A stretch of 64,000 bases of DNA from Desulfatiglandales bacterium (GTDB taxonomy: Bacteria; Desulfobacterota; DSM-4660; Desulfatiglandales; Desulfatiglandaceae). The notes under the pieces are model-generated. The model was not told where the DNA came from. It worked only from the letters and a program-made list of their open reading frames with translations, and ran no database searches. This document shows, in pieces, positions 9,545 through 18,653 of this stretch. A program made the translations under genes and the position numbers. The stretch spans positions 832,001-896,000 of the forward strand of contig OY762721.1 of NCBI GenBank assembly GCA_963666345.1, read 5' to 3'. Every line of letters starts with the position of its first letter. The stretch's first letter is position 1.

Positions 9545-10738
9545 TCAACCGGTTTCCTTAAGGATATTGCAGATATCAGGACCGAAAAGTCTTATCTGCC
9601 ATTTTCTGATCCCTTCTATGGATTCCATGGCCTCTGGTTTTGCCGGGTTTGCGACGGAAATCGCCTCTAGCTGGGCATTCGTGCAGATTACGGCGGGATC
9701 GACCCTCCACTGACTCCCTATACGCTCACGCCACTTCTTTAATTCCTTTACGCGCGCTCTCTCCCTGGGCTTCAATCTCTGCCACACCTTTTTAGGGTAT
9801 ACGGGAAGAATCTCTTCCGGCAGATCCAGTCCCTTTCCGACTTCCTCGATAAGAGACTGCCCCATGTGATCTATCTGTTTAGGACTGAGGTCCTTTATTC
9901 CTGCCAGATCGGACTTGCTCAGCGGTTTGATCCGGCAAATCTCCATGATCGGGTTATTGCCGAGGACCTTGAAATGAGGCCGGTCCCTGCGTCTGGCCTC
10001 CTGATCCCTGAAGCCCAGGAGGTTCTCAAGGACCGCGAGGCTTCTCGGATCAAGCCTTGCCGCGCCCTTAAAACCGGGGAAAAAGGGCCTTTTTTTTGAT
10101 GAATTTGGCTGAACCCTGCTCAGCAGTTCACACTCCTCTTTTACACAAAAAAGCCGGTCCTTTTCCTTCAACTCTCTTTCAAGCATATCCGCCAATGCCA
10201 TAAGATGGCAGATATCCTGAACCGCATATTGAAGCATGGGTTCCGGAAGGGGCCTTTGAGACCAGTCTTTTTTCTGATATTTTTTATCGCTTGTGACATG
10301 AAACCGTTCATACAGCAGGCTGGCAAGGCCGGTTTCCTTCAGCCCGAGAAATCTTGCCGCGATCTGGGTATCAAACAGGGGCCGGACCTCGATGCCGAAA
10401 TCCCTTGCCAGGGAACGGATATCATAGTCCGCCCCGTGAAAGACCTTTCGCATCCGTTTGTCGGCAAAAACAGGGGCAAGGGGAGAAAGATCCTCAACCG
10501 AGAGTGGATCGATCAACAGGTTCAGCCTGCTGGTGGAGATCTGAACAAGACAGACCTTTTCCTGATAATGGAACATGGAGTCCGCTTCCAGATCCACACC
10601 TATTGCAGGCTCCCCCTGAAGCTCAGGTATTATCCTTTTCAGATCCGTGTCATCCTGGATCAGCATATATTCCGTGTCAACACTATTTGTCATCTTATGT
10701 TTCGTTTCTATCCTCTGGATCAAATGTTCAAATCTCAA
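9545..10738 (-). CDS. rnd: Ribonuclease D (3'-5' exonuclease + HRDC); true start may be about 10693
   Basis: GVDLEADS, VFHGADYD, FDTQIAARFLG, DWSQRPL, two HRDC-like segments. Confidence 0.9.
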   Translation of the reverse strand: MRFEHLIQRIETKHKMTNSVDTEYMLIQDDTDLKRIIPELQGEPAIGVDLEADSMFHYQEKVCLVQISTSRLNLLIDPLSVEDLSPLAPVFADKRMRKVFHGADYDIRSLARDFGIEVRPLFDTQIAARFLGLKETGLASLLYERFHVTSDKKYQKKDWSQRPLPEPMLQYAVQDICHLMALADMLERELKEKDRLFCVKEECELLSRVQPNSSKKRPFFPGFKGAARLDPRSLAVLENLLGFRDQEARRRDRPHFKVLGNNPIMEICRIKPLSKSDLAGIKDLSPKQIDHMGQSLIEEVGKGLDLPEEILPVYPKKVWQRLKPRERARVKELKKWRERIGSQWRVDPAVICTNAQLEAISVANPAKPEAMESIEGIRKWQIRLFGPDICNILKETG

Positions 10739-11052
10739 CTCTCAAATGTTTCCCTTAAGGCACATACGCCATTAAAGCTCCCATTAATATCTCAGCGCCG
10801 CTCAGAATGCAATAGCCGCCCTTGTATCAGGTCTTGAAATATAAGGTTAATGCTCCGGTTTACAGGTGGGGCGGCACATCAGCCGATAAATTTCGTGTTG
10901 CATCTAACAAGTATCTTTTGAATGATAACACCGTTAAAAAGCGGTATGGATAAAGAAAGCGATAAGCACGAGGCCCGCGGCCCCGGCCTGCAATTTTGAT
11001 CACCAATCACCTGGGCGGGTTTCAATATGCAATCCCGCTTAAATTCAACCGG

Positions 11053-12948
11053 TTATTTGCCGTCCGTACCGATAGCTTCCAGCATCTCCCACCTCTCATA
11101 TGCTATAGACAGAGCTTTTTCCAGTTCTTCAATCCTTGCCCTGCCCTGCCTGATGAGGGAACCTTCCTGCCTGTAGAATGAGGGATCAGCCATGGAGTCA
11201 TAGATTTCGCGCTGCTCTTTTTCCATGGCCTCAATCTTCTGCGGCAGGGCCTCCAGTTCGCGTGTTTCCTTGAAGGTGAGCTTTCTCGGCCCGGCCGGCT
11301 TCGGCCTCTTTTTTATCTTCTTTTCAGACGCGGGTTTTGTCTCTGACTTCTCAGCCGGTCGCTGCGAAAGCCAGTCATCATATCCTCCGGCATATTCCCC
11401 TATTTTGCCCTGTTTCTCAAAAACAAGTGTGGAAGTAACCACATTATTAAGGAATGCGCGCTCGTGGCTCACCAGAAGAACCGTTCCGCTGTAATCAAAA
11501 AGCAACTCCTCCAGAAGCTCCAGGGTCTCGACGTCAAGGTCGTTTGTCGGCTCATCCAGCACCAGGATATTAGCGGGCTTTGTAAAGAGCCTGGCCAGAA
11601 GCAACCGGTTCCGCTCGCCCCCTGACAGCACCCGGACCGGGGAGCGTGCCCGATCAGGTGTGAAAAGAAAATCCCGCAAATAGCCGAAGATATGTTTCGG
11701 TCTGCCGTTAATAGTCAGCATGTCGCTGCCTTCCCCGACATAGTTGACGACCGTGTCATTTTCATCGGGCAGGACCCGATGCTGATCAAAATACGCTGCT
11801 TCAAGATTGGCGCCGAGCCTGACAGATCCCTTCTGCGGGTTAAGGTCGCCGAGCAACAATCGAAGCAGGGTGGTTTTGCCGGAACCGTTCGGCCCGATAA
11901 TGCCTACCCTGTCGCCACGCAGGATTGTTGTGGAAAACTCCCTGATAACGGTCGCGTCTCCATAGCCGAATGTCACTCCCTTTAACTCCGCCACCAGTTT
12001 TCCCGACGGCACCGCATCCTGGACACGCATACTGGCAAGGCCGGCAGGCTCCTGCCTGGCCCCGCGTTCTTTACGCATTTTCACAAGGTCTCGGACCCTT
12101 CCCTCATTTCTGGTCCGCCTGGCTTTGATCCCCTGGCGTATCCATATTTCCTCCTGGGCAAGCTTTTTGTCGAAACGGGCCTGCCGGGATGCTTCGGCCG
12201 CCAGGGTTTCGGCCTTCCTTCTGAGAAACGTATCATAATCGCCGGGCCAGCTTGTAAGGCAACCCCTGTCGAGATTGACTATACGGGTCGCAAGCCTTCT
12301 GAGAAGCATCCGGTCATGGGTTACGAATAAAAGGGTGATGTTCCTTTTTAACAAAAACTCTTCCACCCAGGTTATGGCATTGATATCAAGATGGTTGGTA
12401 GGCTCATCAAGGAGCAGGAGATCCGGGTCGCTCACCAGTGCCGAGGCCAGTAGAACTCTTCTTTTCATGCCGCCGGATAGTTCCGAATAGTTCAGGTCGG
12501 GATTCAACTCAAGTCGGGAGATAACCGTTTCCACTCGCTGCTGGGCCTGCCAGCCCCCTGCGGTTTCCAGCTGGTGCTGCACGGTTTCCATTTCAGTCAG
12601 CAGATTTTCGCCTTCGCCTGAACTCAGGCGCATTGAAACATCATGGTAGCGGGTAAGAAGGTCCTGTAATTCTCCAAGCCCGCCGGCAACTACCTCAAAC
12701 ACGGAGCCGTCAAGATCCAGTGCAACATCCTGAGCGATATGAGCGACACGGAGCACCTTCTGCCTGATAATGTCGCCGCTGTCCGCCTTAAGGTCTCCTG
12801 CGATCAATTTCATGAGACAAGATTTGCCTTCGCCGTTGCGGCCGATCAGACAGACCCGTTCCCACGGCTCAATCTGAAGGTTGACCTGATTCAGCACGGG
12901 CGGGCCGCCGAAACTCAGGGTTATATTCTGTAGGCTGATAAGAGACAT
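11053..12948 (-). CDS. uup: ABC-F family ATP-binding protein Uup
   Basis: Two ABC domains, IWIRQGIKARRTRNEGRVR linker, C-terminal coiled coil ending YERWEMLE. Confidence 0.93.
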   Translation of the reverse strand: MSLISLQNITLSFGGPPVLNQVNLQIEPWERVCLIGRNGEGKSCLMKLIAGDLKADSGDIIRQKVLRVAHIAQDVALDLDGSVFEVVAGGLGELQDLLTRYHDVSMRLSSGEGENLLTEMETVQHQLETAGGWQAQQRVETVISRLELNPDLNYSELSGGMKRRVLLASALVSDPDLLLLDEPTNHLDINAITWVEEFLLKRNITLLFVTHDRMLLRRLATRIVNLDRGCLTSWPGDYDTFLRRKAETLAAEASRQARFDKKLAQEEIWIRQGIKARRTRNEGRVRDLVKMRKERGARQEPAGLASMRVQDAVPSGKLVAELKGVTFGYGDATVIREFSTTILRGDRVGIIGPNGSGKTTLLRLLLGDLNPQKGSVRLGANLEAAYFDQHRVLPDENDTVVNYVGEGSDMLTINGRPKHIFGYLRDFLFTPDRARSPVRVLSGGERNRLLLARLFTKPANILVLDEPTNDLDVETLELLEELLFDYSGTVLLVSHERAFLNNVVTSTLVFEKQGKIGEYAGGYDDWLSQRPAEKSETKPASEKKIKKRPKPAGPRKLTFKETRELEALPQKIEAMEKEQREIYDSMADPSFYRQEGSLIRQGRARIEELEKALSIAYERWEMLEAIGTDGK

Positions 12949-13293
12949 GGAGCGCTTTTATACCTTTTTAAGGACTATGGCAACCTTATCCCGTATCCGC
13001 CGTCTAATCGGGAGACAGGGAAGCAGACCAATGGATGGGGAAGACGTCACGGACACCGCGCGGGGATGAAACAATGGAGGATATCCTCAAAGACCAGGAA
13101 CCGGAAGGAACGACGAAAACGGCTTTACTCCGAACAATAAAAAACGGGGCGCTGCTCATAAAAAAGGCGAATTCCTGAGACTACCGAGGCCTATATCCTC
13201 ATTTTCGAATTCCTTTTAAAGCCGCGGGGTGCCGGATAACCAACTTAAGCCTGAACAAAATTCCTCTGGCCGGACCATGCTCCCGCATTTAAC

Positions 13294-13935
13294 TCAAAGC
13301 TCACAAAGCATGCGGGCCATTCCCGGAAAGCCGACTTCTCTTTCAAAATAGGGGTCCCGCTTTTCATCGACTATTTTGAATCCCTGCTTTTCATAGGCCT
13401 CCTGGGCCGCCCTGTTTCCGATGTAGATGTTAATCTGAGCAATTCGAAAACCGAGTCGCCGGCCCTTTTCAAGTATTGCCCCAAGCAGACTGTTTGCGAT
13501 TCCCTTCTGTCGGAATTCTCCCGCTGTTGCCACACTATCGATAACCCACGCCCCCTTAAATGAAGCCGGGATGCATTCCAGGATCCCTGGAGAACCCCTT
13601 CCCTTCATTTCATCTGTCGGGTGCATCTGCACCTTTCCGAAGGCCTCAGGCAGGGCTTTGCGGAGTGAAGGGTATCCCAAAACATCGGGATCGTATCCGC
13701 CAAGCCCTGCCACCGGGCGTCCCTCCACTTCCGCCACAAGATAGCATGAATGATGAAAAAGATGAGGCCTTTGGGTAACGGACAAAACTTCCAGGAATGA
13801 AAGGCATTTATCCTCAGGTTCATTGAGGACGACTTCCCAGATTCCTCTCTTTCCTTCCGCCCGTCCTGCGGTAAGTATAAGCCACGCAAGAAAGGCGGCA
13901 TCATCGCCGCGGGCTGACCGGATTTTCATATCCAT
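13294..13935 (-). CDS. GNAT family N-acetyltransferase
   Basis: SVAT..FRQKGIA acetyl-CoA motif; N..A..AYEKQGF. Confidence 0.85.
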   Translation of the reverse strand: MDMKIRSARGDDAAFLAWLILTAGRAEGKRGIWEVVLNEPEDKCLSFLEVLSVTQRPHLFHHSCYLVAEVEGRPVAGLGGYDPDVLGYPSLRKALPEAFGKVQMHPTDEMKGRGSPGILECIPASFKGAWVIDSVATAGEFRQKGIANSLLGAILEKGRRLGFRIAQINIYIGNRAAQEAYEKQGFKIVDEKRDPYFEREVGFPGMARMLCEL

Positions 13936-14108
13936 AACCTACACTCCCTTGCTTCCAGACCGTGTGTATTTGAGCACCCTCTCGAATCCCTTGCCGATCT
14001 TTGGGGTTCGCTCTTTCGATAGCACTACTTACCGCACTATGATGGGTTCAAGGCTGCGGTAACTAATGTTAACCTCAAACAATGGACCGGCAGACCGAAT
14101 CCTCTCCA

Positions 14109-14618
14109 TTATCCGGTTTCCACAAACCGCTTCTGGCTCTTCAGGGCAAAGGCCCTTGCATCAACCGCCCTGGACACGGCGAGCACACCGTCAAGATGAT
14201 CGTACTCGTGCTGGAGCAACTCCGACATGTCACCATGTAGAACAACTGAATCCTCTTCCCACTCCTGATTCAGGTATCTGATACGGCATGACCTGTGTCG
14301 CGTCACCTTTACCAAAAGATCGGGAAAGCACATGCAGTCGTCCCACACCTCCATCATTTCTTCACTCATCTCCTCCAGCCGCGGATTGATAAAGGCGGTC
14401 GAAACATCACCTACGGACATGTAGATAAGCCGTTTCATGACTCCGATCTGAGGGGCGGCGATGGCTCTGCCCACTCCGTACTCTCTGCGGAAATCCATCA
14501 TCGTGTCATGCAGATCATTCACCACGTTCTTTATGGTCTCCAACTCCTCAAAAGACACCGGTTCGCACCGCCTGTACAATTGGGGATTCCCCAGAAGCAA
14601 AATCGGCCGGATTGTCAT
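14109..14618 (-). CDS. def: Peptide deformylase (variant motifs)
   Basis: AIAAPQIG, DDCMC in place of EGCLS, QHEYDHLDG; start at MTIRPILLLGNP. Confidence 0.85.
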   Translation of the reverse strand: MTIRPILLLGNPQLYRRCEPVSFEELETIKNVVNDLHDTMMDFRREYGVGRAIAAPQIGVMKRLIYMSVGDVSTAFINPRLEEMSEEMMEVWDDCMCFPDLLVKVTRHRSCRIRYLNQEWEEDSVVLHGDMSELLQHEYDHLDGVLAVSRAVDARAFALKSQKRFVETG

Positions 14619-14634
14619 TTCCTTTCTCTCTTTC

Positions 14635-15141
14635 CTATATCGTTTTAAGTCTTTCCTGAAGAACCTCAACCGGGTATTTGAGCCCGATCGCGCTCAGCAG
14701 GTTTCTGTTTAATTTCTTGTTCAGTTCATACAGGGGGGCTGCCTTTAACCCGCCATTGAAGCGAATTTCCCATTCAAGCTGAATCTTTTGCTCATTCATC
14801 GACCCAAGGACGCTTCTGCTCTTTGTCTTTGAAAACAGGATCTGCTCATGCTCGTTCAGTACGGCCTCGATCTGTCTTTGTGAGAAGCCCTCATTCAGCA
14901 GGTTCTTGAATAAGTGCTCCGTGAAAATATAGTGGAATTTCCTGAAATCAGGCTTTCTCAGGAAGGGAATAAACATGGTGAAAAGTGTTGAATCATTGGT
15001 GATCAGCACGCATTTTCTTCTTTCAATATTTATCAGGTTTGCGTGCCACCTCCCAAGCAGACTGCTGATCGGCTCGACATTATCAGTCGGATCCGCATCC
15101 AGTTCTTTCAGTAATTTTTTCGTACAACAGATGAGCTGCAC
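14635..15141 (-). CDS. Conserved hypothetical protein (DUF6933-like)
   Basis: CTKKLLKEL...WHANL.IERRKC...T.SRSVLGSMNE pattern. Confidence 0.7.
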   Translation of the reverse strand: MQLICCTKKLLKELDADPTDNVEPISSLLGRWHANLINIERRKCVLITNDSTLFTMFIPFLRKPDFRKFHYIFTEHLFKNLLNEGFSQRQIEAVLNEHEQILFSKTKSRSVLGSMNEQKIQLEWEIRFNGGLKAAPLYELNKKLNRNLLSAIGLKYPVEVLQERLKTI

Positions 15142-15217
15142 CCTATTTCCCCTTTACGATTAAGGTTTGAGCAGTCAGGCAAAAGTCACAGGCAGACACC
15201 TGCCCCTCTGGTTTCCT

Positions 15218-15970
15218 CTACCCCAACTTTCTTGCTATATACACACCATAACCGTAGTAAGTTTTATATTTCTCATAAAGTTCAATTTCCCGCTTTTCCC
15301 ATTCCACTATTGCGCCTGCTTCTTCACTATTGCCATTACGGTCAAGAAAATCTTCAAATCTATCCTGCATGGGCCTATAATAATTATCCAGCCAACAATG
15401 CTCCGGTAAAACAAAATAACCAATCGGAGAATAGCCGTTCTTCTCCAGTATACCTGTCTTCGAAGAGGCCGTATCTATTTCGGGGTATTCGCCATCCCAA
15501 TATTTTTGAAGCTCCGACGGTCGGGAGCCTGTAATCCAGGTAATCTCCGAAACAACCAGCAGCCCGCCAACTTTCAGATAACGGTTCCAGTCTTTTACGC
15601 CCCTTTCAAATCCGACATTGTATATCGCGCCCTCAGACCAGATAACATCATACTCCTCATCTCCAAACGGCAGATTGTCCATTGAGCAGTCAAGAGTCGA
15701 TATTTTTTCAGAAAGCCCCATTTTTTCAGCTCCAGCTTCAAGTACTTCAAGAAATTCCTGAAGGAAATCCACTGCCGTAATTTGAGCTTTCAACAGGCGG
15801 GCGAGCAACAGGGTTGACGCCCCCGTGCCGCATCCTATATCGGCAATCTTTAATGGCGCAGACCGGTCCAACATAGACAGGTCAATAGCCTTTTCCGTCT
15901 CTGCATCACCGCCCGGACCCTGCCGTTTTGCACTTTTATGAAGGTCTGTCAAAAGTTGATAATCATCCAC
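15218..15970 (-). CDS. Class I SAM-dependent methyltransferase
   Basis: RQGPG, IADIGCGTG, DVIWSEGAIYNVGF. Confidence 0.92.
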   Translation of the reverse strand: MDDYQLLTDLHKSAKRQGPGGDAETEKAIDLSMLDRSAPLKIADIGCGTGASTLLLARLLKAQITAVDFLQEFLEVLEAGAEKMGLSEKISTLDCSMDNLPFGDEEYDVIWSEGAIYNVGFERGVKDWNRYLKVGGLLVVSEITWITGSRPSELQKYWDGEYPEIDTASSKTGILEKNGYSPIGYFVLPEHCWLDNYYRPMQDRFEDFLDRNGNSEEAGAIVEWEKREIELYEKYKTYYGYGVYIARKLG

Positions 15971-16168
15971 TAATCTCTCCTTACCTTTTTGCAGCCATTA
16001 CAACCAATTATACGGTTTCGTTTAAATCCCGGCAAAATATCCCGCGCAGATAAAGGCCGGGTATTTCACAACTTGACCGGCCGCACAACTCCGCAAGTTG
16101 AATGTTTTCCGGAAAACCATATTATTCCGATTTTACCTATTTAAGTTTGGGTTATCAAGCCTGCCCGT

Positions 16169-16197
16169 TTGACAAAACAGAAGATCAAACCTACTCT
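16169..16197 (+). promoter_or_regulatory. Putative sigma70 promoter
   Basis: TTGACA-17-TACTCT upstream of an AGGAGG RBS. Confidence 0.5.
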
Positions 16198-16218
16198 AAC
16201 TGAAAAAAGGAGGAATTC

Positions 16219-17232
16219 TTGTACCTCAAAAGAGTATACGCGCGGGACGGTTATCATTACCTTCTTTCCGAATCATATCCCGGACAAAAATGTTGGAAAC
16301 ACCGGGTCCTGACGGACCTGGGAACCGATCCAGGGCTCTATTTCGAATACCCCGGGGGAAACAGTTTTCATGTAAGGGAGGAGTTCCTGGAAACGGTTCA
16401 GTCAATGACCGACCGTTTCAGTGAAGATGAATTGGAAGCTCTTCTCATGCCCTTTTTGGACCCTCGTATCAGGCAAACCGTGGAACAGTTTGAACGGCCC
16501 AAAGAACCCTTCAAAGCCTGGCGGCATCTTTCATCAGACCAGGTACTGGCACAACAAAGAGGCCTCCATTCCTTTGACAAACGCCGGATTCACTACCTTC
16601 GTTTCGGACGGGTCCAGATGGGGGACCTGGATCGCAGGCCGTTGCGTTTTTTTCAGTTGCTTCATGAAAAAAGCCGGGATGAAATCGAAGCAGTGATGGA
16701 TAAAATGGAACTGGCTCTGCCCCTTCATGAAAGACGTGTCTATGTGTATACCGCCTTTCACCTTCAAACCCGATTCCCGGGCCTATACACGAGAAACCAC
16801 CCGTCGGCCCTTGATCCGGAAAAGGTGGATGAATTCTTTATGGAGAGTATCTGCGCGCTCAACCGGGATAGACGATTTTTCAGGGGTACCGAACCTCATG
16901 ACCCGGAATCGCTTCATCCCTACCTTATTAAGTATCTGATTCTCTATTTTGACAACGACTTTGTTCCCGGAACCTTTTGGGCCCAGTATGTTGAAGACTT
17001 CATGTGGAAACATCAGTTTTACCGAAGACCCAGGCCGCGGCCCTCGCCTACCCATGAAGAGGCCTGCCGATGCCTTGAGATCTCCCTTGATGATTTTCAG
17101 AAAATGGACCGTGCAATGCTGACCCGCTGTTATCGAAAACTGGCAAAAAGAACTCACCCAGACCGGGGAGGAGACGCAGGGCATTTCGTCGAAATAAAGG
17201 CTGCCTACGAGATCCTGATGGAAATGAAATAA
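16219..17232 (+). CDS. C-terminal J-domain (DnaJ-like) protein
   Basis: YRKLAKRTHPDRGG...FVEIKAAYEIL; strong RBS before the TTG start. Confidence 0.85.
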   Translation: MYLKRVYARDGYHYLLSESYPGQKCWKHRVLTDLGTDPGLYFEYPGGNSFHVREEFLETVQSMTDRFSEDELEALLMPFLDPRIRQTVEQFERPKEPFKAWRHLSSDQVLAQQRGLHSFDKRRIHYLRFGRVQMGDLDRRPLRFFQLLHEKSRDEIEAVMDKMELALPLHERRVYVYTAFHLQTRFPGLYTRNHPSALDPEKVDEFFMESICALNRDRRFFRGTEPHDPESLHPYLIKYLILYFDNDFVPGTFWAQYVEDFMWKHQFYRRPRPRPSPTHEEACRCLEISLDDFQKMDRAMLTRCYRKLAKRTHPDRGGDAGHFVEIKAAYEILMEMK

Positions 17233-17300
17233 GGAGTCATTGAAAGGTCTTTCCCTTCGATTACGCGTGGCGCTCAAAAGGGGCGGTTTACCCCCTCGCC

Positions 17301-17375
17301 ACTACACTCTAATGAATTTAAGGCCGCGGTGGCTTAAATTAACTTCGAACAAAGGTCAACGGCATACTTGACCCC
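17301..17375 (+). repeat. Repeat unit B (75 bp, ends TTGACCCC), copy 1
   Basis: Ungapped 60/75 match to 21968-22042. Confidence 0.85.
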
Positions 17376-17685
17376 CCTTTTAAAAAGACCATGCTTACAG
17401 GCTTGGGCCTGGCAGTCATTACCAGAGAAAAGCTTGATGAGTTGACAACGGAACTGATAGAAAAGGGCGAGATAACCGGGAAGAAAGGGAAAAAGCCGGT
17501 CGATGAACTGCTGAAAAAGTCTGAAACAGCAAGAAAAGATCTGGAGAACTGGTTAGAAAAAAATGGTTGCAAAGGTCATGTCAAAAATGAATCTGGCAGG
17601 CAGAGACGATATTTCAAGGCTTGAAGAAAAGATAAGAAAGTTTGAACAGCGAATGTCTTCTGAAAATGATATGGAGGAATCGTGA
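17376..17685 (+). pseudogene. Phasin-family (PhaI/PhaF-like) coiled-coil protein, frameshifted
   Basis: KKTMLTGLGLAVITREK...KGEI; one extra A in the A7 run at about 17557-17563; the other frame continues MVAKVMSKMNLAGRDDISRLEEKI...ES*, overlapping the patatin start. Confidence 0.75.
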
Positions 17686-18653
17686 AAAATTGTACCCTGG
17701 ACAGGGAAGATAGATCCACCAATAAGAAAATAGGTTTGGCACTGGGCAGCGGTTCTGCACGCGGGTGGGCTCATATCGGAGTAATCAAAGCCCTGGCTGA
17801 AACGGGCATCAAAATAGATTATGTTGCTGGAACCAGTATCGGCGCAGTGGTGGGGGCTTTCTATGCTTCAGGTAGGATTGCTGCGCTGGAAGATGCTGCG
17901 CTCCAGATCGACTGGAGAAAGATCGTCTTCTTCCTTGATGCTGTGTACCCCAAGTCAGGATTGATTGAGGGGAAAAAGGTTGCTGAATTCATACGAACCA
18001 GCGTAAAAGAGAAAAACATAGAAGATCTTAGCCTCCCATTCTGTGCCGTATCAACAGATCTTGCATCCGGAAACGAAGTAATTATTCGAAATGGAGATAT
18101 TATTGAGGCGGTCAGGGCCAGCATTTCCGTACCGGGTATATTTACTCCGGTCACAAAAGATAACACCATTCTGGTAGACGGTGCATTGATCAATCCTGTA
18201 CCTGTTAGTGTGGTAAGGCAGATGGGAGCTGATCTTGTAATTGCAGTTGATCTCAATCATTATATTGTCGGGAAAAAAGGGATTAGTGGGGACCTTAGCG
18301 CAAATTCAGGCACGTTAGATCCAGGAAAAGGAATCCGGCAGGAACCGGCAAAAAAAAACAGAGCGCTTGATGCTTTGAACAAAAGGCTGGACAGACTTGA
18401 TAACTCTGCTTTGATGAAAATACGACAATGGATGTCAAAGGAACCGGCACTCAACATCTTCGATGTTATAATCAGTTCGATTAATATTATGGAGACCCAG
18501 ATAACCGCTTCAAGATTGAAAACCGACCGCCCGGACATACTAATTCGACCACGATTAGGTCACATCGGATTCATGGAATTCAATAAGGCCGGTGAGGCCA
18601 TTGAAGAAGGTTACAGGGAGGCCCGGACATGCATATCCGAAAAATTGGCATGA
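17682..18653 (+). CDS. Patatin-like phospholipase (RssA-like)
   Basis: GSGSARG, GTSIG, DGA motifs. Confidence 0.92.
   Translation: MKNCTLDREDRSTNKKIGLALGSGSARGWAHIGVIKALAETGIKIDYVAGTSIGAVVGAFYASGRIAALEDAALQIDWRKIVFFLDAVYPKSGLIEGKKVAEFIRTSVKEKNIEDLSLPFCAVSTDLASGNEVIIRNGDIIEAVRASISVPGIFTPVTKDNTILVDGALINPVPVSVVRQMGADLVIAVDLNHYIVGKKGISGDLSANSGTLDPGKGIRQEPAKKNRALDALNKRLDRLDNSALMKIRQWMSKEPALNIFDVIISSINIMETQITASRLKTDRPDILIRPRLGHIGFMEFNKAGEAIEEGYREARTCISEKLA

Noticed and set aside
12960..13140. Possible DEAD-box helicase C-terminal remnant on the + strand
   Set aside because: Low-complexity basic sequence with no diagnostic motif
15995..16135. attC arm upstream of the methyltransferase, i.e. a cassette array at 13.3-16 kb
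   Set aside because: Only a possible right arm; no matching R'' sites after the GNAT, def, DUF6933 or MTase genes
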